Assembly: GCA_029237775.1 (NCBI GenBank)
Contig: JAQZBR010000006.1
Span: forward strand, 194,159-258,158
Direction of reading: 5' to 3'
DNA length: 64,000 nucleotides
Source: Bacteroidota bacterium
GTDB lineage: Bacteria; Bacteroidota; Bacteroidia; 2-12-FULL-35-15
A program made the position numbers and the translations under genes. Each line of letters starts with the position of its first letter. Position 1 is the stretch's first letter. This document shows positions 11,601 through 21,353 of the stretch, one piece after another. Below the pieces are notes generated by a model. The model saw nothing but the letters and a program-made list of their open reading frames with translations, searched no databases and had not been told where the DNA came from.

Positions 11601-11872
11601 GTCATTATGAAGATCTTCATAAAAGTTTTGTTGATGAGGAAATTGATCTTTTGCCCGGTGATTCAATTTATATTTTCTCGGATGGTTTTACTGATCAGTT
11701 TGCTGAACATGTAGTTAAGAAATTCTCAACCAAACGCTTTAAAGCATTGTTGGCAGAAATCTCAGACAAAGATATGGAGGAGCAGCAACAGCTGATAGAT
11801 GAGGCCTTCAATGCCTGGAAAGGCAAAGAAGACCAGGTAGATGATGTTTTGGTGATGGGAATTAAATTCTGA
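8681..11872 (+). CDS. Two-component-regulator propeller (Reg_prop) + Y_Y_Y domain + TM + SpoIIE/PP2C-family serine phosphatase
   Basis: Multiple xWIGTxxGL/NMWFGSFGSGL propeller repeats, a Y_Y_Y-like block, a TM helix (VWFYSMVFLFIGSLSY), a coiled coil, and the PP2C/SpoIIE core SGDFYWFAE...DCTGHGVPGAFMS...DGFTDQ. Confidence 0.8.
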   Translation: MRLKNTIIIVFFNLLASAAWSQIYNFRVFGVDEGLPQSYVYSISQTKTGFINVATGEGFCSFEGSKFKVFNTKDHLAENFVTTHFTDSKNITWLGHYQKGISFLRNEKFSSVRQTLDIASKVTCIAEDQKHHIWFSTQSKGLYRLDSLLHVDAIDSKNEEGSNAICFDHSGALLEGSDRGLFIYTLSKTGKVLTLKQEIKELSGKNVKCIVPVNTRKGAFWLAVDDYGIVGIEKNNGKYEVFVTIKNELNLKDCTFSSLFVDQKENLWIGDFGEGIRKISFYDKANKTAYYVNKIDDRNGLPNEYIQSIYEDYEGNMWFGSFGSGLVELPLEKFAFFEGKNGLNYKNATCIFIDRDGGFWVGNDKGLFQYNIEAPELSRQFDAKDGFVSSEVTAIAQDRSGLLWIGTKENGVYTFDKTKNSFQNFSKRKSLNTPNINSLIATLDNKIVIATSEGVYFYEQESESLKHLTTLDGLLHNNVTKVFEDNKKRLWFCSNGAGPYFLKDNEFNVFNNIPELRSFSITSITQSADGNVWIGTEGDGVFSYNERGGFVNFKVTEGLLSNYCYFIISDKNGNLWAGHKNGLSYKPAQLKTFRSYGKSDGLLFTDFNKNSCFRDVSGNLWLGTSNGLVKYNAEGENRIQAEPKTNIAGLMLNNTFYHPEESIEVPYDDYSVKVDYIAISFTDPAKVNFKYRLIGQDTIWRYTNSKFIEFPKLNDGEYTFQLLAANSDNVWNSKPAQISFVVKPPYWKRVWFYSMVFLFIGSLSYSVTRYRTRSLVEAKLLLEQKVNEKTALLQEEKATVEKIKFELEVKNKNVTDSINYAQRIQESILPSKYSISQAFNQSFIYYKPRDIVSGDFYWFAETEDDYLIAAVDCTGHGVPGAFMSLVGSTLLNELVSNKKITRPSAILTKLNSSIIRVLRQKSDYNSSHDGMDMAVCAISKDKKRLRFSGALRPLFHVRNKKLTELKGNPFFIGGHYEDLHKSFVDEEIDLLPGDSIYIFSDGFTDQFAEHVVKKFSTKRFKALLAEISDKDMEEQQQLIDEAFNAWKGKEDQVDDVLVMGIKF

Positions 11873-11874
11873 GA

Positions 11875-12447
11875 TCAGACAAGATAGTTCGCGATCTCGT
11901 CAGGTTTTAAATAATTTCTATTGATCGCTTTTCTTTCTTCAGTATAACCCGGAATACTTCTGATATAAATTGCATGTTCAAGCAATTCCTGCCCAAGGCC
12001 ATGGATGATAGCTCCCATGTCGGCTGCTTTTTCAACTTTTTCCTGAAACTCGGGAATCATATAACACGCAAGAAATTTCAAGAGCTCACCTTTTTCAAGA
12101 GAGTTGTATTGAAGAACGTGAGAGATCTCATGACCGAATACTCCCACTTTTGCTTCAAAAGTTAAATTCTTGATAAGCGCATAGAACATTGGTGCTTTAG
12201 CTTTTTCAAGGATAGTGACCGTATACTCACGGTCTGCGGGTGCCGCGAAAATGCTGGGAAACGTTGGTGCAGTGCCATAAGGAACACTGTGTTTATCTTT
12301 AAGGACAAAGTTTATTCTTACTTCTTTTAGCTCCGGGTATTTGGATAGCGCTGTAAGTATGGCTGCTTCATATTTCTGCGGAATGCTTTTGTGTCTGCCG
12401 AATTCATTTCTTAACAATTCGATCTCTGTTTCATCTGGCTCATTCAT
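11875..12447 (-). CDS. Hypothetical protein with an HExxH (zinc-metallopeptidase-like) motif
   Basis: GHEISHVLQ motif. No other family recognised. Confidence 0.4.
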   Translation of the reverse strand: MNEPDETEIELLRNEFGRHKSIPQKYEAAILTALSKYPELKEVRINFVLKDKHSVPYGTAPTFPSIFAAPADREYTVTILEKAKAPMFYALIKNLTFEAKVGVFGHEISHVLQYNSLEKGELLKFLACYMIPEFQEKVEKAADMGAIIHGLGQELLEHAIYIRSIPGYTEERKAINRNYLKPDEIANYLV

Positions 12448-12515
12448 AAATAAAATTTTTGTTGATTTATGAAAGGCATGAAAAAAATATGCTAGGGCTT
12501 ATGATGTTGAAGATT

Positions 12516-13187
12516 TTACTCTAATCGGAGCGGACGCTGCCATTTGCTTTTGACATTGTGTGTAGCAAGAGCAGTTTTAAGCTCATAATGGCCATTCTCA
12601 TGTTTTTCCATCACCACGATCTGGCAATTTTTAGGATTTGCGATCACCTCAAAATCTTCAACGGTCCAATGGAACCATCGCATCAGGAATAATCTGATAG
12701 CCATACCATGTGTAATGATCACGGTGTTATCGGGATAGTTTTCTTTTTCAAAATCGCGATGAAGCGTTCCCAGAAAATCACTTACCCTGTCGTAAACATC
12801 AGCTGCTGACTCTCCGTCAGGAATCCGGAAATAAAAGGTGCCGTAAGCATCGCGGTCTTTTTCAATCAGGAGGCCTTCATCGGGACTGCGTAAGTGCCCC
12901 CATTCCTGTTCCCTGATCCTTGGTTCTTCAACCCATTGAATTTTTTCACGGTCAAAAAGTTTGGCGATGTGCTCAAATGTGCTGCGCGTACGCCAAAATG
13001 GAGATATATAAAAAAAGATGGATTCATTTTCAACTATTGCCCGAAGCTCAACACTTGCTTTGATTGCCTGAATCACTCCTTCCTCAGAAAGCTCCAGAGC
13101 ATAATCCGGCTTCTCATGGTAAACAGTCCTGCTGACATTTCCTTCTGATTCCCCGTGCCTGATAAGGATAATCCGTTTTGGTTTCAT
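12516..13187 (-). CDS. Histidine phosphatase superfamily (phosphoglycerate-mutase-like) protein
   Basis: N-terminal LIRHGESEGN catalytic RHG motif. Size ~220 aa. Confidence 0.75.
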   Translation of the reverse strand: MKPKRIILIRHGESEGNVSRTVYHEKPDYALELSEEGVIQAIKASVELRAIVENESIFFYISPFWRTRSTFEHIAKLFDREKIQWVEEPRIREQEWGHLRSPDEGLLIEKDRDAYGTFYFRIPDGESAADVYDRVSDFLGTLHRDFEKENYPDNTVIITHGMAIRLFLMRWFHWTVEDFEVIANPKNCQIVVMEKHENGHYELKTALATHNVKSKWQRPLRLE

Positions 13188-13284
13188 AGCTTTAAATTAC
13201 GAAATATTTTGTTTTTCAGATTTACTATTTTGCTTTAATAGCCATTTTCCATTACTTTTAACATTCACACAGAGAATCATTGTT

Positions 13285-15390
13285 ATGAATTATGGTGCGC
13301 TTAAAAAAGCTGTAATGCTTTTTATTTTTTTATTTACATTCTTTAAGGTACCCGCTCAAAATTCAACTCTTGATTCACTACTTGCCGAATTAAAAAGGCT
13401 GCAACACGGCCCGGCAGACATATCTGTTGATACCTCATATATCAATGCATGCTTTTCTATCGCTGATGAATATTATCATGCCGAAATGCAGGAAGAAGAA
13501 GAGTTCTATACTAATAAAGGACTTCATAAAATAGATTCTTTACTCTCAAAAGAAATATCAGATGAAGTTCTTAATGTTTGGTTGATCCATAAGCAGGGGA
13601 TAGGCTACGGTAATAAGGGAAATTATTACAGTGATATCGGTGATCTTCCTCAGTCCCTTGATTATTATTTTAAGGCATTGAGAAACGATGAGAAAATTAA
13701 TCACATCGAAGGGATGGAAAGACACCTGGGTAACATAGCAATTGTATATGACGACCTGGGTGATCATCAAAAATCGTTGAACTACTATTTCAGGGCACTG
13801 AAGTATGCGCATCTACGCAAAATGAAAAGTTCTGAGGCAGGCTTGTATGGTAATATAGCAACTGCCTACATGGATCTTCATGATAATAAAAGGGCTTTAA
13901 GCTATTGCTCAAAAGCGGTCGGGCTTTTTGAGGAGCTGAAGGATACTTCAGGAATTGCATATGTATTCGGAAACATAGGGTTGATATATAAAGATCTTGG
14001 GGATGAAAGGGCAGATGCAGGAACCGATGTTAAAGATGTGCCGGAGTACTATACTGCTGTTACCTATTTTAAAAAGGCGATTGAATTAAATGTTTTATCA
14101 GGTGGCGAAAAGTCGACTGAAGCAATTAACAAAGGAAGTCTTGGTTCTGTTTTCATGAGCATGAAAAAATACACAGACGCTGAAAAATATTTAAAGGAAT
14201 CTCTCGATATCTCAAAAAAAATAAATGATCTGTATGGTGTCATGTCTACCACAGAGCACTTGGGAGAACTATATGCAGAGATGGCCCGCCAAAAAGGGAT
14301 TAGTCAATCAGAGCAGATTCGTTTACTTCAATTGGCGAATAGTGAAATGCAGGAACACATGCTTGCCAAGGACTCCATTTTCAATCAGGATAAAACGAGC
14401 GATATTACAAGGAAGGAAATGAATTATGAATATGAGAAGAAAGAAGCTATCACAAAAGCTATAGCAGTCGCAGAAAAAAGGACACAGCATATTATTATTG
14501 GTTGTGTTATCGGTGGCCTGATTCTGTCACTTATATTCTTGTTGTTTATTTTCCGATCGTTACGCCTTACAAAAAAGCAGAAGATAATGATCGAATTGCA
14601 AAAGCGGGAAGTGGAAGAGCACCGCAAAGGTATAATCGATTCTATTACTTACGCGCGAAGGATTCAGGAAGCACTTTTAAAAGAAGAGGAACATGTTACG
14701 GCACATTTACCCGAACATTTTGTATTGTATAAACCGAAGGATATTGTATCAGGTGACTTTTACTGGAGTGTTGAAAAAAAAGGGTATTGGTTTATTTGTG
14801 TTGCAGATTGTACCGGCCACGGTGTTCCCGGAGCATTTATGAGCATGCTTGGCATTGCGTATCTTAACGAGATTATTTCTTCAGATCAGATACTTACTCC
14901 GGCAGATATCCTCAACCGGTTAAGAGAGAAGATCGTCAAAGAATTAAAACAAACCGGAGAAAGTGGCGAAAGCCAGGATGGTATGGACATATCAATGATA
15001 CGCTTTCATAAAGAGTCAGGTGAGACCTGTTGGGCAGGAGCAAATAATCCATTGTGGATTTCGGAGATTAAAGGTGGCATCCGGATGATAAAAGAAGTTG
15101 AACCCGATAAACAGCCTATTGGTTATACGTTTAATCCTGAACCATTCACAGATCATATCCTAAGCATTAAACAAGACGATATTGTTTATTTGTTCAGTGA
15201 TGGGTATGCTGATCAGTTTGGTGGTCCGAAGGGGAAAAAATTTAAGAGTAAAAATTTGCAGGCTGAGTTATTAAGGATTTGTAATGAACCACTGAATAAT
15301 CAAAAGGAAATTCTCGATTCAGTTTTCGAGGAGTGGCGCGGAAGCCTTGAACAGCTCGATGATGTTGCAATAATTGGAATAAGAATGTAA
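13285..15390 (+). CDS. TPR-repeat sensor + TM + SpoIIE/PP2C-family serine phosphatase
   Basis: Signal peptide/TM, several TPR-like repeats (..LGNIAIVYDDLGDHQKSLNYYFRALK..), a TM helix (IIIGCVIGGLILSLIFLLFIF), and the PP2C core SGDFYWSVEKKGYWFICVADCTGHGVPGAFMS...DGYADQFGG. Confidence 0.8.
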   Translation: MNYGALKKAVMLFIFLFTFFKVPAQNSTLDSLLAELKRLQHGPADISVDTSYINACFSIADEYYHAEMQEEEEFYTNKGLHKIDSLLSKEISDEVLNVWLIHKQGIGYGNKGNYYSDIGDLPQSLDYYFKALRNDEKINHIEGMERHLGNIAIVYDDLGDHQKSLNYYFRALKYAHLRKMKSSEAGLYGNIATAYMDLHDNKRALSYCSKAVGLFEELKDTSGIAYVFGNIGLIYKDLGDERADAGTDVKDVPEYYTAVTYFKKAIELNVLSGGEKSTEAINKGSLGSVFMSMKKYTDAEKYLKESLDISKKINDLYGVMSTTEHLGELYAEMARQKGISQSEQIRLLQLANSEMQEHMLAKDSIFNQDKTSDITRKEMNYEYEKKEAITKAIAVAEKRTQHIIIGCVIGGLILSLIFLLFIFRSLRLTKKQKIMIELQKREVEEHRKGIIDSITYARRIQEALLKEEEHVTAHLPEHFVLYKPKDIVSGDFYWSVEKKGYWFICVADCTGHGVPGAFMSMLGIAYLNEIISSDQILTPADILNRLREKIVKELKQTGESGESQDGMDISMIRFHKESGETCWAGANNPLWISEIKGGIRMIKEVEPDKQPIGYTFNPEPFTDHILSIKQDDIVYLFSDGYADQFGGPKGKKFKSKNLQAELLRICNEPLNNQKEILDSVFEEWRGSLEQLDDVAIIGIRM

Positions 15391-15401
15391 AATTAAAAAG
15401 G

Positions 15402-15432
15402 CCCCGCTAAATGCGGAGCCTTTTATTAATGA
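15402..15432. terminator. Bidirectional hairpin terminator between convergent genes
   Basis: aaaaaggccccgctaaatgcggagcctttt: a GC-rich inverted repeat flanked by A/T runs. Confidence 0.4.
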
Positions 15433-15441
15433 TCATTACGC

Positions 15442-17349
15442 TTATTCAATCACTAGTTTACTTACAGTTTTCTTTCCTGAATTGTCCTTTATCGCTACGA
15501 TATAAACACCTGCACTGAGGCCTTTATCTGCAATAAGATATTCGTCAGTACTTACCTCTTTGTCTTTTATGACACTCGCACCTGTAATAGAAACCACTTC
15601 AAGGGAGTAAGGATATTCTGCTCCCTTCACATGTAAAAGGTCACCGGATCTTAAAGGATTGGGATAGAAGCTGATCTTTTCAGTTTCACTCTTAGCTACA
15701 TCTGAAATGCCTGTCGTTAATCCTAATCCCGATTGATGAATACCGATGCTGGAGGCCATTGCATTGATCGGATTATTAAAATAATCATGCGGTCCTGCAT
15801 TTATACCAAACGTATTCATAAGGTTCACTCCACCGTTTATTGCAGGCGATCCTGCTGCCACCTTGTAGGCGTTCAACTGGGTTGTAAGGCCCGGATAGAT
15901 AATAGCACCGGTCGCAGCATTTAACAACATAGGGTCTGCATTTATACCTGTTGCAATACCATTCACCATTTCTTTTCCGGTCGCAGATCTGAAAGCGGAA
16001 AGACTGTTATAGTAGGTCCCATGGTAAGCTAGTTTCAGGTTACTTCCCGAAGACCAATATAAGTTACCTGCAAATGCTGCATCATATCCGTTAGGTACAA
16101 GGATCAGCTGTGTTCCTCCGCTACTCTGGAAGATATTATTATACACTTCAACCCCGTTGATTCCCGTATTCCATTCCGTCAATGTGAAAGCCGAAACACC
16201 GGTGTTGGTGGATGATGGACTCACATAAACAGTGTTGTTATAGATCTTTGCGCCATTCATGACAGCGTTTGAACCTTTGAACAGGGTGATCCCGCCTGAG
16301 TTTGTACGTCCATCGTTTTCACTGATGTTGTATCGCACCACATTGTTTGACCACGGCCTTGCATCACTATATTGGCCAAGCAAATAACCGGCTCCATCAT
16401 TATCGTGAGAGTAGTTATATTGCATCAATGAATTGGTAACGCCACCATCAAAGTCAAACCCTAAACCGTCACACCCTGAACCGCCTGAATTTTTGTAGCT
16501 TTCGCAATATTGTATTGTCAGGTTGTCACAATCCCATGCCCAGATTCCTCCCGGCCCGCCACAATGTGTATTAGCTGTACCATTATGATGAGCAACAGAT
16601 TTTTCAATCAGGGAATTACTTGCCTGTGCAAGGATGATCCCGCTTCCTCTATGCATTGATGCATCAGCATATCCCGGTACATGATCAACCTCGGTATTTC
16701 TGATCGTTATATTCTGATGAGCATAGCCGGTATGGGACTGCATGGTAAATCCTCTGGTTGTAATACCATTCTGTTTCACCTGGTAAACATGCACACCCTG
16801 AATTAATACATTCTTAAAGCCGGTGTTGCCGCTTGAAGACAAGATCGCGATTCCGTCCTTACCATAATTATGGACATCGGTATCAATAATATCTATTTTT
16901 CCAAGCTTAACGTTTCCGGAAAGAGTTGTAGATATAAAGATCCCATTTGTGGAATTGCCGGTCATGCCTGCGCCTTCAAAACTAAGATTGGCGATCTTGA
17001 AGCCTTTAGTATTTAAGGCTGAAAACCCCGCTGATGTACCGGAGCTGATGATTGCTTTCCCTGAGCCATATGTTGAAAACGTAACAACGTTCAATTCGTC
17101 ATTTGCATCCGATTGATCGATTGTAATTCCGCCAGTAAAGATTCCACCACCTTCAAACAAAACATTTGTTCCGGGAGGTAAAACCATATTATTTAATTTA
17201 GAAAGGGATTTCCACGCTGTTGTTGCAGAAGTACCGTTTGAATTATCACTTCCGTTCGGACTAAGGTAATAGGTCGTTGCCTGAAGGCTTGTACCTAAAG
17301 CTAATGCCGCAATCGAAAATATTAAACTTTTCTTAGAGTTTTTTTTCAT
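15442..17349 (-). CDS. Right-handed parallel beta-helix (pectate-lyase-fold) protein with a T9SS type-A C-terminal sorting domain
   Basis: Signal peptide, repetitive N/G/T-rich beta-helix coils, and a C-terminal ~80 aa KISFYPNPLRSGDLLHV...GVYIVAIKDNSGKKTVSKLVIE typical of the Por secretion CTD. Confidence 0.7.
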   Translation of the reverse strand: MKKNSKKSLIFSIAALALGTSLQATTYYLSPNGSDNSNGTSATTAWKSLSKLNNMVLPPGTNVLFEGGGIFTGGITIDQSDANDELNVVTFSTYGSGKAIISSGTSAGFSALNTKGFKIANLSFEGAGMTGNSTNGIFISTTLSGNVKLGKIDIIDTDVHNYGKDGIAILSSSGNTGFKNVLIQGVHVYQVKQNGITTRGFTMQSHTGYAHQNITIRNTEVDHVPGYADASMHRGSGIILAQASNSLIEKSVAHHNGTANTHCGGPGGIWAWDCDNLTIQYCESYKNSGGSGCDGLGFDFDGGVTNSLMQYNYSHDNDGAGYLLGQYSDARPWSNNVVRYNISENDGRTNSGGITLFKGSNAVMNGAKIYNNTVYVSPSSTNTGVSAFTLTEWNTGINGVEVYNNIFQSSGGTQLILVPNGYDAAFAGNLYWSSGSNLKLAYHGTYYNSLSAFRSATGKEMVNGIATGINADPMLLNAATGAIIYPGLTTQLNAYKVAAGSPAINGGVNLMNTFGINAGPHDYFNNPINAMASSIGIHQSGLGLTTGISDVAKSETEKISFYPNPLRSGDLLHVKGAEYPYSLEVVSITGASVIKDKEVSTDEYLIADKGLSAGVYIVAIKDNSGKKTVSKLVIE

Positions 17350-17632
17350 GCCTTTAGATTATACAGATCCTGTAGTGTATAATTATCTGCTGTGTATCAG
17401 ATAAAGATCACCTGTAGAAAATGCTGGTTCCTAAATAAAAATTAAGTTCTGTGTATGAACTCTAAGGTAAACGTAAGGAAGGCGAAGATATTAATGTTTG
17501 AACCGTCTTTTTAACATATTTTAATATTCAACACTACAATTTTTCGGTGAAATCGATATAATTGTCGATTAAAAGGGAGGAAGATGATTTTAATACAAAC
17601 TTTTAGTAGGGAATATTCAGTTAAATACCGTG

Positions 17633-18466
17633 TTATTTAGTTGCCAGCTGACGCAATAATTGGAGGTTTCTGATGTCAGCATTATTTTCATTAGGGGTTT
17701 CCAGCACTTTTGGGACATCCGGAAACATTTTCATTATGTATTCAAAGGGAATAGTTCCAATGAGGCCTTCGCTGATATGGGCATGGCGATCCAGTTTACT
17801 TCCTATTCCGCCTTTTGAATCATTGAGATGAAAGCAAAGCACTTTTTCAAGACCTATCCTTTTATCGATTTCTTTAAAGAATTGCTTAGTGCCTTTTACG
17901 GACCTGATGTCGTAACCGGCTGCAAATGCATGGCAGGTGTCAATACACAGACCTATGCGATCAGAATTAATGTAATCCAGAAGATCTGCTATATATTCTA
18001 TTTTTCCGCCAACACTAGTTCCCTGACCGGCAGTGTTTTCAATCAAAATTTTAACGGGATTATCATGTGTAGCGTTAAGTACAGTTTTAATATTATCCCC
18101 AATCTTTATTATCGCTTCTGTTCTGGATAATTTTCCTGCAGCTCCGGGATGAAGTACGGTGTGTGTTAGTCCTAAGGTTTTGCACCTCTGGACCTCCATT
18201 GCAAGCGAAAGAATAGATTTTTCGACTATTTCATCGTTCTCTGATGCGAGGCTGATAAGATATATAGTGTGCGAAAAGGCCTGCAAAATACCAGCTTCAA
18301 GACAAGCCTGTTTGAAAAGTTTTCCTTCAGCCTCATTCACCGTTTTCTCTTTCCACTGTTGCTGATTTTTAGTAAAGATCTGAATAGTGTTGATTGCAAG
18401 GCGTTGCGCTTCTTTAGCAGCATTTACATATCCTCCGGAAATTGAAACATGTGCACCTAATAACAT
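17633..18466 (-). CDS. nfo: Deoxyribonuclease IV / AP endonuclease family 2 (endonuclease IV)
   Basis: MLLGAHVSISGGYVNAAKEA... and overall TIM-barrel Nfo signature, 277 aa. Confidence 0.85.
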   Translation of the reverse strand: MLLGAHVSISGGYVNAAKEAQRLAINTIQIFTKNQQQWKEKTVNEAEGKLFKQACLEAGILQAFSHTIYLISLASENDEIVEKSILSLAMEVQRCKTLGLTHTVLHPGAAGKLSRTEAIIKIGDNIKTVLNATHDNPVKILIENTAGQGTSVGGKIEYIADLLDYINSDRIGLCIDTCHAFAAGYDIRSVKGTKQFFKEIDKRIGLEKVLCFHLNDSKGGIGSKLDRHAHISEGLIGTIPFEYIMKMFPDVPKVLETPNENNADIRNLQLLRQLATK

Positions 18467-18643
18467 ACGGAAATGATAAAAAAAACAGTGCCATATTTAT
18501 AAACGATTCCGTAAGTGGGTTGAGATTCACAGAATATAATAGTTATTACCATATTATATGCGTATCTTTAATTAGGTTATTCCGCGTTCCAATTTTCCTT
18601 TCGAGAATTCTCCCGCCAATCAGAAAATCACTGTTTTGCAATG

Positions 18644-18708
18644 TGTGAATTATGTAAGCTTTGAAAAGGTTTATGTAAGAGTTAAAGTAACGAGACCGTT
18701 ACATTTGT
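18644..18708 (+). promoter_or_regulatory. Copy A of a conserved upstream element (TGTGAAT-tATGTAAG...ATGTAAG...TTTG), before the AraC gene
   Basis: One of seven same-orientation copies of the element. It lies ~45 bp upstream of ATG 18753. Confidence 0.4.
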
Positions 18709-18752
18709 TTATATTATCTAATCCCACTAATTTGAAGTTATACATTAAATAT

Positions 18753-19307
18753 ATGGTAAGTGCCCGCTGTAAAGTTGCAGTGAAGGAAGAGCTGAAGAAG
18801 TTGGGCTTGCATTTTATTGTAGTTGATCTTGGTGAAGTTGATATTATGGAAACTTTAACCTCGGAACAGCGATTGCAGGTTGCTGATGCTTTATTTTCAG
18901 TCGGTTTTCAGTTGATGGACGATAAGCGCGCTGTTTTGATTGAAAAGATAAAGAACGCTATCATTGAAATGGTGCATCATTCTGATGAGGTGGTAAAGAT
19001 TAATTTCTCTAATTTTTTAAGTGAGAAGCTTGGACATAACTATACATATCTCGCGAATTTATTTTCAGAAGTGCAGGGAACTACCATTGAGCAGTTTCTT
19101 ATATCCCATAAAATTGAACGAATCAAGGAACTCATAATTTACGGTGAGCTGAACATAACGGAGATCGCGTGGAAAATGAATTATAGCAGTGTGGCTCACC
19201 TTTCAAATCAATTTAAAAAGGCAACAGGACTCTCTCCATCACATTTCAAAAATTTAAAAGACAAAAGAAGAAATCCGATCGAAGAGGTTGGAAATGTTCA
19301 GCCTTAA
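18753..19307 (+). CDS. AraC-family transcriptional regulator
   Basis: C-terminal AraC HTH (..ELNITEIAWKMNYSSVAHLSNQFKKATGLSPSHFKN). The start was moved to the internal Met (MVSARCK) because the conserved promoter element lies inside the longer ORF-track call (18636). Confidence 0.65.
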   Translation: MVSARCKVAVKEELKKLGLHFIVVDLGEVDIMETLTSEQRLQVADALFSVGFQLMDDKRAVLIEKIKNAIIEMVHHSDEVVKINFSNFLSEKLGHNYTYLANLFSEVQGTTIEQFLISHKIERIKELIIYGELNITEIAWKMNYSSVAHLSNQFKKATGLSPSHFKNLKDKRRNPIEEVGNVQP

Positions 19308-19328
19308 ATAAAAGTAAAAGCGTATAAA

Positions 19329-21353
19329 ATGGATACCATCATAACTCAGGAGTCGCAATATTCCAGAAGCCTAATCGAAGCCAGCCTCGATCCTTTAGTA
19401 ACGATCAACACCACCGGTAAGATCACTGATATGAATCAGGCGCTTGCTGATATTACGGGTATCTCGAGAGAGGAATTGACCGGTACGGATTTCTTTGATT
19501 ATTTTACCGAACCACAGAAGGCCAGGGAAGTTTATCAGGAAGTTTTTGCAAAAGGCTCTGTGGCTGATTCACCTTTAACGCTTCGCCACAACGAAGGTAA
19601 GCTTACTGATGTGTCTTTTAACGGTTCTGTATATAAGGACGCATTGGGTAATGTGCTGGGTGTTGTGATTGTTGCCCGGGATGTAACTGAGCAAAAGAGA
19701 ATTGCCAAAGAACTTACTGAGGCGAAGGTGTTTGCAGAACTTGCTGCAGTAATCGCGGAAGAAGCAAAGAGTAAAGCAGAAAGTGCAACGCTTATAGCAG
19801 AGGCTGCTGTTAAATCCAAGCAACAGTTTTTATCGAATATGAGTCATGAGATTCGTACTCCTATGAACGCTATCATTGGATTTACAAAAGTACTCCTGAA
19901 AACGGAACAGAACAGCAAACAGCTTGAATATCTTAATGCAATTAAGACTTCAGGGGACGCGTTGATTGTTCTTATCAATGATATTCTTGATCTTGCAAAA
20001 GTAGATGCCGGTAAAATGACTTTTGCTCATATCCCTTTTAAGCTTTCATCATCCATATCGGCAATGCTTCATTTGTTCGAAACACGGATCCACGAAAAGA
20101 ACCTGGAACTAATTAAAGAATACGATTCTGCAATACCGGATGTACTCGTTGGAGATCCTGTCAGACTCCACCAGATAATATTAAATCTTGTTGGTAACGC
20201 TGTTAAGTTTACTTCTGAAGGAAAGATCAATGTAAGTGTAAAAATGACAGAGGACGATGCTGAATCTGCAACCATTCAATTTGCAATTACTGATACAGGA
20301 ATTGGGATCTCGGAAAATAAGCTTGGTAATATCTTTGATGATTTCCAGCAAGCTACAAGCGGTACATCAAGATTATATGGCGGAACGGGACTTGGACTCG
20401 CAATTGTTAAGCAATTGGTTGAAGCGCAAGGTGGAACAATTAAAGTGAATAGTACTGTTGGCCAAGGATCTACATTTGCGTTCAGTCTACGATTTGTCAA
20501 GACCAAGGCGAAGGCAGAAATTGAAAATGAACCCGGTGTAGAGCTTGAATCAGGTTTAAAGAATGCTAAAATATTAGTGGTTGAGGATATTGTTCTCAAT
20601 CAGCTTTTGATGAAAACCTTATTGGAAGATTTTGGATTTGAGATGGACATTGCATCTAATGGAAAGATAGCTATCGAGAAATTGAAGGAGAATCACTATG
20701 ACATTATTTTGATGGATCTGCAAATGCCTGAGATGAATGGATTTGAAGCTACAGAGTATATCAGGAGCCAGATGAAATCCAAGATACCCATTATTGCACT
20801 TACAGCAGATGTTACAACCGTTGATGTTGAAAAATGTAATGCTGTGGGAATGAACGACTATATTTCCAAACCCATAGACGATAAACTTCTCTATACTAAA
20901 ATACTTAAATACCTTAAGGGCACTGATTACAAAAAAGAAATGAGCCACGTTGTTTCATTCATAGAAGAGGATAATGATGAAAAGTGCACAGATCTTAGTT
21001 ATCTCATGAAGAGGACGAAATCAAACCCTGTGCTGATGATGGAGATGATCTCTTTATATCTTGAGCAAACGCCCCACCTTGTAAATTCAATGAAACACAG
21101 TTTGAAGGCAAAAGACTGGAAGAAGCTACATTCATCTGTGCATAAAATGATTCCCTCATTTTCAATTATGGGCATGACCGTAGATTCCGAGAATATGGCC
21201 AAGAAAGTTCAATCTTACGCAGCGGCACAGGAGCTAACGGATGAGATCCCGGACCTTGTTTACCAAATTGAGAATGTTTGCAGCAAAGCATGTAAAGAAC
21301 TAAATATAGAATTAAACCTGATGAAAAGCCAATTAGATGAAAACAGAAACTAA
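19329..21353 (+). CDS. Hybrid sensor histidine kinase (PAS, coiled coil, HisKA, HATPase_c, receiver, HPt)
   Basis: PAS-like N-terminus, H-box SHEIRTPMNAIIGF, G-box ..DTGIGISE...GGTGLGLAIV, receiver ILVVEDIVLNQ...ILMDLQMPEMNG, and a C-terminal HPt-like HSLKAKDWKKLHSSVHKM. Confidence 0.85.
   Translation: MDTIITQESQYSRSLIEASLDPLVTINTTGKITDMNQALADITGISREELTGTDFFDYFTEPQKAREVYQEVFAKGSVADSPLTLRHNEGKLTDVSFNGSVYKDALGNVLGVVIVARDVTEQKRIAKELTEAKVFAELAAVIAEEAKSKAESATLIAEAAVKSKQQFLSNMSHEIRTPMNAIIGFTKVLLKTEQNSKQLEYLNAIKTSGDALIVLINDILDLAKVDAGKMTFAHIPFKLSSSISAMLHLFETRIHEKNLELIKEYDSAIPDVLVGDPVRLHQIILNLVGNAVKFTSEGKINVSVKMTEDDAESATIQFAITDTGIGISENKLGNIFDDFQQATSGTSRLYGGTGLGLAIVKQLVEAQGGTIKVNSTVGQGSTFAFSLRFVKTKAKAEIENEPGVELESGLKNAKILVVEDIVLNQLLMKTLLEDFGFEMDIASNGKIAIEKLKENHYDIILMDLQMPEMNGFEATEYIRSQMKSKIPIIALTADVTTVDVEKCNAVGMNDYISKPIDDKLLYTKILKYLKGTDYKKEMSHVVSFIEEDNDEKCTDLSYLMKRTKSNPVLMMEMISLYLEQTPHLVNSMKHSLKAKDWKKLHSSVHKMIPSFSIMGMTVDSENMAKKVQSYAAAQELTDEIPDLVYQIENVCSKACKELNIELNLMKSQLDENRN

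Noticed and set aside
18636-18752. Longer N-terminus for the AraC regulator (ORF-track start 18636)
   Set aside because: The extension would read through the conserved promoter element itself and encodes no recognisable domain. The internal Met at 18753 gives a typical AraC length.
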